A stretch of 64,000 nt of DNA from an uncultured Actinomycetes bacterium. GTDB taxonomy: Bacteria; Actinomycetota; UBA4738; HRBIN12. Of this stretch, positions 1 through 8,929 are shown one piece after another. The stretch is taken from positions 128,069 to 192,068 of the forward strand of contig CAWHQA010000004.1 in the NCBI GenBank assembly GCA_963831325.1, given 5' to 3'. The translations under genes and the position numbers were made by a program. The notes beneath the pieces were generated by a model. The model was given only the letters and a program-made list of their open reading frames with translations. It searched no databases and had not been told where the DNA came from. How positions within the stretch are numbered: the first letter of the stretch is position 1; each line of letters opens with the position of its first letter.

Positions 1-193
1 TCAAGCTGCGCTTGACTTCGCCAATCGCTTGCCTGGACGGCTCTACCCTGTATCAATGTCGATGGGGATCGCGACCTTCGATCCCGAACGACCTGTCTCG
101 GCTAGCGATCTCATTGCCGAGGCAGATCGTCGAATGTATGAACACAAGCGGTCGAAGCGGCAAGATGGATCCGAACTCTTCGGCGTCAGATGA
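1..193 (+). CDS. GGDEF-domain (diguanylate cyclase-type) protein, C-terminal fragment entering from upstream of the window
   Basis: The frame starting at nt 2 reads QAALDFANRLPGRLYPVSMSMGIATFDPERPVSASDLIAEADRRMYEHKRSKRQDGSELFGVR*, with stop TGA at 191-193. SxGIAxF followed by LIxxADxxMYxxKR is the typical C-terminal end of GGDEF domains. It is absent from the ORF track because it has no in-window start. Confidence 0.6.
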   Translation, partial: QAALDFANRLPGRLYPVSMSMGIATFDPERPVSASDLIAEADRRMYEHKRSKRQDGSELFGVR

Positions 194-269
194 AGTGTGG
201 ATCGGCCTGACTCGTGGACATCGACTAGAGGTACGAGTCCACCGCCTGCTTCGGAAGCGTGGCCCTGGT

Positions 270-513
270 TCAGTTGCGGTCCGACCAACTAGCGACGTCC
301 ACCTCGTTGCCCTCGGCGTCGGCCAGCGTCCACCACATGGGGGCGTCTGATCGCTGACCAGGTGCCCCCCTCGCCGATGGCCACTGCGACTCGTGCCTCC
401 GCCTGATCGTGTGGCACATACACATCGATGTGAATTCGGTTCCGATGCGGAGGCGGCGCGTCCATCTGCTGGAGCATGAACGGCGGCCCCTGGAAGTAGG
501 GGGAGACGGTGTT
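270..513 (-). pseudogene. Remnant of a VOC/glyoxalase-like domain gene (C-terminal half only, frame-broken)
   Basis: Directly after the sdhB stop the minus strand reads NTVSPYFQGPPFMLQQMDAPPPHRNRIHIDVYVPHDQAEARVAVAIGEGG. After shifts at G/C homopolymers it continues HLVSDQ.. then DAPMWWTLADAEGNEVDVASWSDRN*. This matches the C-terminal half of the glyoxalase-like fold (..NRxHxDxxV..GA....W.xLADPEGNE). The N-terminal half would have to overlap sdhB. Confidence 0.35.
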
Positions 514-1281
514 TCAGAAGCGGTCGAAGAGGATGGACCGCTTCACTTCCTGGATCGCCTTCGTCACCTGGATGCCGCGAGGGCACGCTTCCGTGCAATT
601 GAAGGTCGTGCGGCACCGGAAGACGCCGGTCTTCTCGCTCAGGATCTTCAGGCGCTCGCGGCCCGCCTCGTCGCGCGAGTCGAAGATGAACCGGTGGGCG
701 TTCACGATCGCCGCGGGGCCGATGTAGCCCTCGTCGCCCCAGAAGATCGGACACGACGTGGTGCACGCCGCGCACAGGATGCATTTGGTCGTGTCGTCGT
801 AGCGCGCGCGTTCTTCGCTCGACTGGATGCGCTCACGCTCCGGTTCGCCCGAATCATTGATCAAGAACGGCAGCACCGACTTGTAGCCGTCGAAGAAGGG
901 GTCCATGTCGACGATCAGGTCCTTCAGCACCGGCAGCCCGCGGATCGGCTCGATCGTCACCTTTGATCCCACATCGTCGACGAGTACCTTGCATGCGAGG
1001 GCATTGCGGCCGTTGATCAGCATCGCATCACTGCCGCAGATGCCGTGGGCGCACGACCGGCGGAAGCTCAGCGTGCCGTCGTGGTACCACTTGACCTGGT
1101 GTAGCACTTCGACGAGACGTTCGAGCGGATCGGCTCGCAGCGTGAACTCGTCCCACCAGGAATCCTGCGACACCTCGGGGTTGAACCGGCGGATCCGCAG
1201 GGTGATCTCCACGGTCCCAGGGGCGCCGCCGCCGGCCCGACGCTCCTCGGACTCCTGCAGCACATCGGCCGGCGTCGCCAT
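514..1281 (-). CDS. sdhB: Succinate dehydrogenase / fumarate reductase iron-sulfur subunit
   Basis: Intact 255-aa ORF. Cys clusters CAHGICGSDAM, CILCAACTTSCP and CRTTFNCTEACPRGI are typical of SdhB 2Fe-2S/4Fe-4S/3Fe-4S ligands. Its start overlaps the sdhA stop. Confidence 0.95.
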   Translation of the reverse strand: MATPADVLQESEERRAGGGAPGTVEITLRIRRFNPEVSQDSWWDEFTLRADPLERLVEVLHQVKWYHDGTLSFRRSCAHGICGSDAMLINGRNALACKVLVDDVGSKVTIEPIRGLPVLKDLIVDMDPFFDGYKSVLPFLINDSGEPERERIQSSEERARYDDTTKCILCAACTTSCPIFWGDEGYIGPAAIVNAHRFIFDSRDEAGRERLKILSEKTGVFRCRTTFNCTEACPRGIQVTKAIQEVKRSILFDRF

Positions 1282-3021
1282 CAGTATTTCCTCTCCATCG
1301 GCACGTAGGGCCCCATCTTCACGGGCTTGTGCTCGAGCCGGATCGAGCCGTCGTCGTTGCGGTAGGCGAGCGTGTGCTTCAGCCAGCTCGCATCGTCGCG
1401 CAGCGGATGATCGTCTCGGTAGTGGGCGCCGCGGCTCTCGGTTCGGGCTCGGGCGCTGACGACGAGCGCCTGGGCGCAGTCGAGCAGGAAGCCGAGCTCG
1501 ACCGCTTCCATGAGGTCGGTGTTGTAGAGCGCTCCCTTGTCGGTGATCGCGATGCGGGCGAAGCGGTCCTGCAGGCCGCCGATGATCTCCTGCATCTTCG
1601 ACAGGCTCTCCTCGCTGCGCACCACGAACGCGAGGTCGAACATGCTCGTTTGCAGTTCCTTGCGGATGTCGGCGCCGTTGTCACCGTCGCTCCGCCCGAG
1701 GATCGCGTTCAGTGAGGAGAGGGTCCGCTCGGTCGGACGCTCGGGGGCGTCGGAAGCTCCGAGTGCTTCGCATGGCGGGCGGCATCGGCGCCGGCGCGGC
1801 GCCCGAACACCACCAGGTCGAGCAGCGAGTTCGTGCCCAGGCGGTTGGCGCCATGCACGCTCACGCAGGCACACTCGCCCACCGCGTAGAGCCCCGGGAT
1901 CGGCGTCTCGTCGGCGCCCGTCGACCACGCGGCCGTCGACGTCGGTCGGGATACCGCCCATGGCGTAGTGCGCCGTCGGCTGGATCGGCACCGGCTCCTT
2001 CGTGGGCTCGACCTTCAGGTAGACGCGCGCGAACTCGGTGATGTCGGGAAGCTTCTCCTCGATCACCTTCGGGTCGAGGTGGGTGATGTCGAGGAAGGCC
2101 CAGTCGCCATTGGGGCCGCCGCCGCGGCCTTCCTTGATCTCCTGATAGATCGCGCGGCTCACCATGTCGCGCGGCGCGAGATCCTTGATCGTGGGGGCAT
2201 AGCGTTCCATGAATCGCTCGCCGTCCTTGTTCAGCACGATGCCGCCCTCGCCTCGCGCGGCCTCGCTGAGCAGCACGCCGAGCTTCGCGAGGCCCGTCGG
2301 GTGGAACTGGAACATCTCCATGTCCTCGAGCGGCACGCCGCGGCGCCAGACGACGGCGGGGCCGTCGCCGGTGAGCGCATGCGCGTTCGAGGTCACGCTG
2401 AACATGCGTCCGTAGCCACCCGTCGCGAACACGATCGACTTCGCCCGGAAGACGTGGAGCTCACCGGTCGCGAGCTCGTAGGCGACCACGCCTGCCGCGG
2501 CGCCATCGATCGTCGCGGAGCAGGTCGAGGCAGTAGAACTCGTTGAAGAAGCGCACGTCGCGCTTCACGCACTGCTGGTAGAGCGTCTGCAGGATCATGT
2601 GGCCGGTGCGGTCGGCCGCGTAGCACGCGCGGCGCACCGGACGCTCGCCGTGCTCCGCGGTGTGGCCGCCGAACCGGCGCTGGTCGATGCGCCCCTCGGG
2701 TGTGCGGTTGAACGGCAGGCCCCACCGCTCGAGCTGGTAGATCGCGTCGACCGCTTCCTCTGTCATGAGCTGAGCTGCCGGCTGGTCGACGAGGTAGTCG
2801 CCGCCTTTCACGGTGTCGAAGGCGTGCCACTCGGGGTGATCTTCCTCGGTGTTGCCGAGCGCCGCGCAGACGCCGCCCTGCGCCGCGCCCGTGTGCGAAC
2901 GGGTCGGATAGAGCTTGGAGATCACCGCGGTGCGGACCTGGTCGCTCAGCTCGATCGCGGCGCGCATGCCGGCCCCGCCGGCGCCGATCACGATGGCGTC
3001 GTAGGTGTGAGTCGTGGCCAT
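1281..3021 (-). CDS. sdhA: Succinate dehydrogenase flavoprotein subunit (frame-broken in this assembly)
   Basis: ORF pieces 2461..3021 ([25 protein letters not shown] GxGxxG) and 1281..2489 (..FQFHPTG.., [11 protein letters not shown]..) form one SdhA. A central stretch (about 1740-1920) is out of frame. The expected [20 protein letters not shown] segment is readable in another frame. Confidence 0.9.
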
Positions 3022-3082
3022 CGCTACGCGCTCCGAGCCGTGGCCATCGCTACGCGGCTGCGATTAGTGGCCATCGCTACGC
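3014..3082 (-). repeat. Triplicated ~26-27 bp unit at the sdhD stop / sdhA start junction
   Basis: GTGGCCATCGCTACGC occurs at 3014, 3040 and 3067 on the plus strand. On the coding strand each copy is TAG-CG-ATGGCCAC, a stop codon plus a start codon. The last copy is the real sdhA start (MATTHTYD). Confidence 0.85.
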
Positions 3083-3523
3083 CCCTGCGACCGGTGTGAA
3101 CGTCACGACGATGATGGTGCCGAGCACGAAGAGCGTGAATCCGAGCACGTAGAAGACCATGTTCATCGAGAACCGAACCGCGGGGGAGCGCACGTAGTCG
3201 AGCGTGACGTTGCGCAAGCCGTTGATGCCGTGGATCAGTGCGAGGGTGAGCATCATCCAATCCCACGTGCGCCACAGAGGACTCGCCCAGCGGTCGGCGA
3301 CGAAGTTGTAGTCGACGCGTTCCACACCGTTGGCGGGCAGGTGCATGATCAGCGTGTGGCCCACGGCGAGCACGAGCAGCACGATGCCGCTGATCCGCAT
3401 GAACAGCCACATCCAGAGCTCGAAGCCGCCGACCGGCCGCTCGCGTCCACCGGCGTAGCTGCGCTGCGGGGATGGCGGCGTGCCACCGTCGCGGGGGGGG
3501 GGGCGTTCGATCGTGGTCGCCAT
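3077..3523 (-). CDS. sdhD: Succinate dehydrogenase hydrophobic membrane anchor subunit
   Basis: 148-aa ORF with three hydrophobic helices (ISGIVLLVLAVGHTLIMH.., WDWMMLTLALIHGINGL.., MVFYVLGFTLFVLGTIIVV), sitting between sdhC and sdhA. It contains an 11-nt C/G homopolymer at 3493-3503. Confidence 0.8.
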   Translation of the reverse strand: MATTIERPPPRDGGTPPSPQRSYAGGRERPVGGFELWMWLFMRISGIVLLVLAVGHTLIMHLPANGVERVDYNFVADRWASPLWRTWDWMMLTLALIHGINGLRNVTLDYVRSPAVRFSMNMVFYVLGFTLFVLGTIIVVTFTPVAGA

Positions 3524-3536
3524 CAGCGCGCTCCGC

Positions 3537-3938
3537 TCACAACAGGTCGATGATCTGCCTGCCCATGATCGCGGTGACGACGAGCGCCGAGATCGCGAAC
3601 ACGAGCGCCGACGTGCGGCCGACGGCCTTGATGTGGCCGGCGAGGCTCGGGAAGAAGTCGATCAGCGTGATCTTGATGCCGTTGATCGAATGGAAGAGCA
3701 CCGCGAGGACGAGCCCGAGCTCGAGCACGTGCACCGCCGGATTCTTGTACGCATCGGTGACCCGGTTGTAGGCCTCGGGACCCCAGCCGACCAGGGCGGT
3801 GTCGACGATGTGCGCGAACAGGTACAGGATGACGGCGACGCCGGTGATGCGGTGGAACATCCACGACCACTGACCCTCGTGACCTTTGTAGACGGTCCCG
3901 AAGTCGCTCTTCTGCTTCTTGCTGAGTCTGGTCGCCAC
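3537..3938 (-). CDS. sdhC: Succinate dehydrogenase cytochrome b subunit
   Basis: 133-aa ORF reading ..WSWMFHRITGVAVILYLFAHIVDT.. and ..LAVLFHSINGIKI.., typical SdhC helices with heme-ligand His. It is the first gene of the sdhCDAB order. Confidence 0.85.
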   Translation of the reverse strand: MATRLSKKQKSDFGTVYKGHEGQWSWMFHRITGVAVILYLFAHIVDTALVGWGPEAYNRVTDAYKNPAVHVLELGLVLAVLFHSINGIKITLIDFFPSLAGHIKAVGRTSALVFAISALVVTAIMGRQIIDLL

Positions 3939-4077
3939 GGCTGATCACCCTCAGGCTAGCTCGCGCCCCGGCGAACGAACGTGCCGAAGCGTCCAGCGGA
4001 CGGCGCGCAGTCTACTCCGTCGTGGCAGGCCGCCCATTGGAGCGTTCGTGAACCACGGGGGCGATGACCGGCAAGCG

Positions 4078-4719
4078 TCACGCCAGGCGCACTGCCACCA
4101 GCACGCCGTCGCGGATCGGCAGGATCGTCGTCACGTAGCGCTCGTCGGCGGCGACCATCGCGTTGTGCTCGCGGATCGCCTCGGTGACCTCGTCTGGCGG
4201 CTCGCCGTCGGGCGGCACCCGGCCGTACCAGAGCGTGTTGTCGCAGATGTAGAGCCCGCCGACGCGCACCCGGTCGCGCGCGGCGCGCCAGGCATCGGGA
4301 TAGCCGTGCTTGTCGATGTCGTCGTAGACGACGTCGAACTCACCGTCGACCGCGGCGAACGACGTGAGCGCGTCGCCGACGTGGTAGCGTCATCGCGGTC
4401 CCAGACACCCGCGCGCCCGAGGTAGTCGGCGGCCTTCCGCTCGTTGGCGGCGTCACCGTCGGTGAGGTGGATCTCGCCCTCGGCGCCGGTGGCCTTCGCG
4501 AACCAGTACGCGGAGTAGCCGAACCCCGAGCCGAGCTCGAACACACGTCGGGCGCCGATCGAGGCGGCGAGCATCCACAGCGTGACGCCGACGTTCCGGC
4601 CGACGATCGGGAAGCCGACGCTCGCGCGCTTCGGCTTCCATCTCGAGCAGCACCGGCTCGTCGTAGCGAGCGTGCAGCGATGCGGTGTAGGCCTCGATGC
4701 GAGGGTCGACGATATCCAT
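4078..4719 (-). CDS. Class I SAM-dependent O-methyltransferase (family 3 / caffeoyl-CoA OMT-like), frame-broken
   Basis: Pieces 4453..4719 (MDIVDPRIEAYTASLHARYDEPVLLEMEAEA..), the middle of 4131..4889 (VFELGSGFGYSAYWFAKATGAEGEIHLTDGD) and 4078..4269 (VGGLYICDNTLWYGRV...VTTILPIRDGVLVAVRLA*) join into one OMT. The SAM motif is ELGSGxG. Confidence 0.8.
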
Positions 4720-4796
4720 CGACCCACGCTACTCGACGCTGGCACGGGCCATGAACCGGACGTGGGTCGTCGGTCGAGCTCGCGACACGACGTCGA

Positions 4797-5826
4797 TTGC
4801 GCTCCGCCGTGGTGAACCGAGAGACTTCCTGCGATGGAGCCTCCGAGGAGCTTCGCCACGTCGTCCGGCGCTTCTTCGATGCCGTCCACGAAGGGGACGA
4901 GGAGGCCGTGAGCCGCCGGTTCTCACGCGAGCCCGGATTCGAGCGGTTCGGTCAGATCCCGCGGAGTGGTGGCAGGACGGCGAGGCATCGACGCGGGTGT
5001 GGCTGCAGCAGATGCGCGAGCTGGGCGGCGGCTTCCCCTGGACGCTGGTCGGTGACGTGCACGCCATGACGGAAGGAAGCGTCGGATGGGCGGGCGCTGC
5101 GGGCGGAGTGGGCGACGCCGAACGGGCCGCAAGACTTCCGCCTGTCCTTCGTCCTGCACCTCGAGCACGGCGAGTGGAGGATCGTCCACTGCCACGGGTC
5201 GGTGCCCTCGCCGAACGAGGAACACGGCTTCCTGCTGACGACCTCGGTCGACGACATCGCCGAGTCGGTCACGAGCTCGCGGCCGGACCTGTCGGCCACC
5301 TCCGCCGCCGACGGGACCGTGACGATCGCGTTCACCGACATCGAGGACTCGACACGGCTGAACGGCCTCCTCGGGCGACGAGCGGTGGCTCGACGTGCTG
5401 CGCGCCCACAACGGCGTGTTGCAGGACGCGACGTCCGAATTCGGGGGCACGGTCGTGAAGAACCAGGGCGACGGCTTCATGCTCGCCTTCCCTTCGTCGC
5501 GCACGGCCATCCGATGTGCGATCGCGATCGAGCGAGGCATCGCCGAGCGCTTCCAGCGACCCGGGCTCGCCGGTGCGCGTGCGGATCGGGCTGCACGTCG
5601 GCGAGGCGCTCCGTGAAGCCGACGACTTCTTCGGGCATGCGGTGGCGTACGCGGCTCGCATCGCCTCGTCGGCGAGAGGTGGAGAGATCGTCGTCTCCTC
5701 GCTCGTCCACGATCTCGTCGGGCACGACCGGCGAGTTCCGGTTCGTGACAGCCTCGGACGGTGGAGCTGAAGGGCATCGCAGGGTCGCACAGCGTCTATC
5801 CCGTCGAGATTCCTGCGCAGGCGTGA
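4797..5826 (+). CDS. NTF2/SnoaL-like domain + class III adenylate/guanylate cyclase, frame-broken
   Basis: N-terminal part: [27 protein letters not shown]...[22 protein letters not shown]. Cyclase part: [69 protein letters not shown]. The pieces are spread over ORFs 4797.., 4697.., 5202.., 5395.. and 5516... The start is approximate. Confidence 0.75.
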
Positions 5827-5878
5827 GATCGAGGATGCCGCGCTCGGACTACCGTGTGGACACCTGCTGAACCGCAGG

Positions 5879-7498
5879 GTGGCATGGGAGGAAGATGACG
5901 GTTCCACACGACGAGCGCCGTACCGATCAGGCATCGAGCTGCAGCTCCGTCTACACCGCAGACGATCTGGAAGCGCAGGGCTTCGATCCCGGCGCGCGAC
6001 CTCGGCGAGCCGGGCGAGTACCCGTTCACGCGCGGCGTGTATCCCGACGATGTACCGCCACCGCCTCTGGACGATGCGCCAGTACGCGGGCATGGCGACC
6101 GCCGACGAGACGAACGCGCGCTTCCGGTACCTGCTCGACGCAGGGGCAGACGGGCATCAGCGTCGCGTTCGACCTGCCGACGCAGATGGGCCTCGACTCC
6201 GACCATCCGCGGGCCGAGGGCGAGGTGGGCAAGATCGGCGTCGCGATCGACTCCGTCGACGACATGGCGCGGCTGTTCGACGGGCATCCCGCTCGATCGC
6301 GTCTCGACGTCGATGACGATCAACGCGACGGCGCCGATCCTGCTGCTGCTCTACGAGCTCGTCGCCGAGGAGCAGGGCGTGCCGTCGACCGACATCAGCG
6401 GCACCGTGCAGAACGACATCCTCAAGGAGTACGCGGCGCGCGGCACGTACATCTACCCGCCCGAGCCGTCGATGCGCCTGATCACCGACCTCTTCGCCTA
6501 CTGCGGCGAGCGCGTGCCCCGCTGGAACACGATCTCGATCAGCGGCTACCACATGCGCGAGGCGGGCTCGACCGCGGCCCAGGAGATCGCGTTCACGCTC
6601 GCCGACGGCATCGCCTACGTGCAGGCCGCGCTCGACGCCGGGCTCGACGATCGACGAGTTCGCGCCGCGCCTCTCGTTCTTCTTCGCCTGCCACATGCAC
6701 TTCTTCGAGGAGATCGCGAAGTTCCGCGCGGCCCGGCGCATGTGGGCGCGCATCATGCGCGAGCGGTTCGAGGCGCGAGGACCCGCGGAGCTGGATGCTG
6801 CGGTTCCACACGCAGACCGGCGGCGCGACGCTCACCGCGCAGCAGCCCGAGGTGAACATCGTGCGCACGGCGCTCGAGGCGCTCGCCGCGGTGCTCGGCG
6901 GCACGCAGTCGCTGCACACGAACTCGTTCGACGAGGCGCTCGCGCTGCCGACCGAGCACAGCGCCACGATCGCGCTGCGCACACAGCAGGTGATCGGCTA
7001 CGAGACCGGCGTGACCGAGACGGTCGACCCGGTCGCCGGCTCGTACTACGTGGAGTCGCTCACCGACGAGCTCGAGCGGCTCGCGACCGACTACATCGAG
7101 AAGATCGACGCGATGGGCGGCGCCGTGCGCGCGATCGAGGCGGGCTTCTACCAGGACGAGATCCACGAGGCCGCGTTCCGCATCCAACAGGGCATCGAAT
7201 CGGGCGAGCGAGTGGTCGTCGGCGTGAACCGGTTCGTCGAGGCCGACGAGCAGCCGATCGAGCTGCAGCGCATCTCCGAGGCGGAGGTCGCGAAGCAGGT
7301 CGAGCGCGTGCGGGCGCTGCGCGCGGATCGCGATCAGGCGGCGCGTCGACGCGGCGCTCGCCGCGGTGGCCGAGATCGCCGTCCGGCACCGGCAACCTGT
7401 TGCCGCCGATGAAGGAAGCCCTGCGCGCCCGAGCGACGCTCGGCGAGGTGAGCGACACGCTTCGCGAGGCGTTCGGCGAGTATCGCCCGAGCTACTAG
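5879..7498 (+). CDS. Methylmalonyl-CoA mutase-family catalytic (large, N-terminal) subunit, no B12-binding domain, frame-broken
   Basis: Reconstructed across three frames: ..[42 protein letters not shown].. [35 protein letters not shown].. [17 protein letters not shown].. [18 protein letters not shown].. [22 protein letters not shown]... It ends ..[33 protein letters not shown]. Confidence 0.88.
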
Positions 7499-7534
7499 TC
7501 CATACTAGATTAGCTGGTGTGTGGGGTTGACCTC

Positions 7535-8860
7535 TCAGTACCCGGCGAACACTCGCCATTCGCCGGGCACACCCTTGAGCACATGGGTTCCGCGGTCCTC
7601 GAAAGCCATGCCCGAGCCGGTGACGAGATCCTTCACGGTCGACGACACCAACACTTCGCCCGCGCCGGCGAGCGCCGAGATGCGCGCGCCGATGTGCACA
7701 GCGATGCCCTGCACGTCCCCGTCCGATAGCTCGAGCTCTCCGGTGTGCACACCAGCGCGGATCTCCAGGCCGATCGCGCGCACCGCCTCCGCCGCGGCGC
7801 CCGCACACTCGATGGCCCGGCGCGGCGAGTCGAACGTGGCGAGGAATCCGTCGCCGGCTGTGTGCACCTCTCGCCCGCCGAACCGGTCGAGAGAGGAACG
7901 CAGCACGCTGTGATGTCTCGCGAGCAGCTCACGCCATTCCCGGTCGCCCAGTGCGGCGGCCCGCTCGGTCGAGCCCACTATGTCGGTGAACAGGACGGTC
8001 GACAGCACCCGGTCGTGGCGAGGTGGCGGGCGGGTCCCCGTGAGGAATCCTTGGATCTCGTCGACGATCTCGTCGACGTCACCCGCGAAGATGATCGTGC
8101 CGGTGCCCGGCAGCTCCACCAGACGAGCGTCCGGCAGATCGCGAGCGAGCGCGCGACCGTTGGCGATCGGCAGGATCTCGTGGGCGGCCTTGTGCAGCAG
8201 CAGAACGGGGACGTCGACGGATGAGAGCAGATCCGTGATGTCCCACGTCATCGTCATCATCATGAACGCTTCCATCGGGATGCCGCTCGAGGCGGCGCGG
8301 TTGTACCGGCGGAACCACGACCGGAAGGTGGGATCGTCCATGCGACCGGGGGCCACGATGGATATGTGAGTCTCCATATCGATCTCGTGATTCGCGGCGG
8401 CCATCCGTGCCAGCACCTCCGGCTCGACGCCGTAGTCGTCCTGACCTGTCCGCGTGAACCTGGGGGTCGACTCGAACGCGATCACCGAGCGGGCCCGCTC
8501 CGGATACCTTGCCGCGAACGCGAGCGCCAGCGTACCGGCGTCGATCGTGCCCATCAGGGCTGCGCGCTTCGAGCCCGCGGCGTGCATCACGGTCGCGAAA
8601 TCCTCGACCTGTGCTTCGAACGCCGGCAGCTGATCCAGGCCGTCCGACATGCCCATTCCCCGACGGTCGAACCGGATCAGCCGCGAGAATGATCCCAGCC
8701 GCTCGAACAGCCGTCGAAGCTTCGGGTCTTCCCACGCGATCTCGAGGTGAGCGACGGTGCCCTGCATCATCACCAGGTCGATCTCGCCGTCGCCTGTGAC
8801 CTGATACGCGATGTGTACCCCATCAGGTGCGAGCGCGTATCGCGTCTCAGCAGTGGTCAT
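7535..8860 (-). CDS. alpha/beta-hydrolase-fold domain + class III adenylate/guanylate cyclase
   Basis: Intact ORF (the track gives 7535..8893; the internal start MTTAETRY is preferred). N-terminal part: DGVHIAYQVTGDGEIDLVMMQG..IRFDRRGMGMSDG. C-terminal part: VLSTVLFTDIVGSTERAA..EVHTAGDGFLATFDSP..IRAGVHTGE..GIAVHIGARIS..GEVLVSS. Confidence 0.88.
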   Translation of the reverse strand: MTTAETRYALAPDGVHIAYQVTGDGEIDLVMMQGTVAHLEIAWEDPKLRRLFERLGSFSRLIRFDRRGMGMSDGLDQLPAFEAQVEDFATVMHAAGSKRAALMGTIDAGTLALAFAARYPERARSVIAFESTPRFTRTGQDDYGVEPEVLARMAAANHEIDMETHISIVAPGRMDDPTFRSWFRRYNRAASSGIPMEAFMMMTMTWDITDLLSSVDVPVLLLHKAAHEILPIANGRALARDLPDARLVELPGTGTIIFAGDVDEIVDEIQGFLTGTRPPPRHDRVLSTVLFTDIVGSTERAAALGDREWRELLARHHSVLRSSLDRFGGREVHTAGDGFLATFDSPRRAIECAGAAAEAVRAIGLEIRAGVHTGELELSDGDVQGIAVHIGARISALAGAGEVLVSSTVKDLVTGSGMAFEDRGTHVLKGVPGEWRVFAGY

Positions 8861-8929
8861 GAGGCAAGTCTCGTCCCTCCCGCGCGGTGGCACAACCGCG
8901 GGTTCCGCAGGGTGGGGCGACGTGCGAAC

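Noticed and set aside
3493-3503. 11-nt G homopolymer inside sdhD, considered as a phase-variation (slipped-strand) switch.
   Set aside because: It lies in an essential respiratory gene and encodes a Pro run (ERPPPRD) in frame. Given the assembly's homopolymer-associated indels elsewhere, it is more likely a consensus-length uncertainty than a contingency locus. It is noted under the frameshift finding instead.
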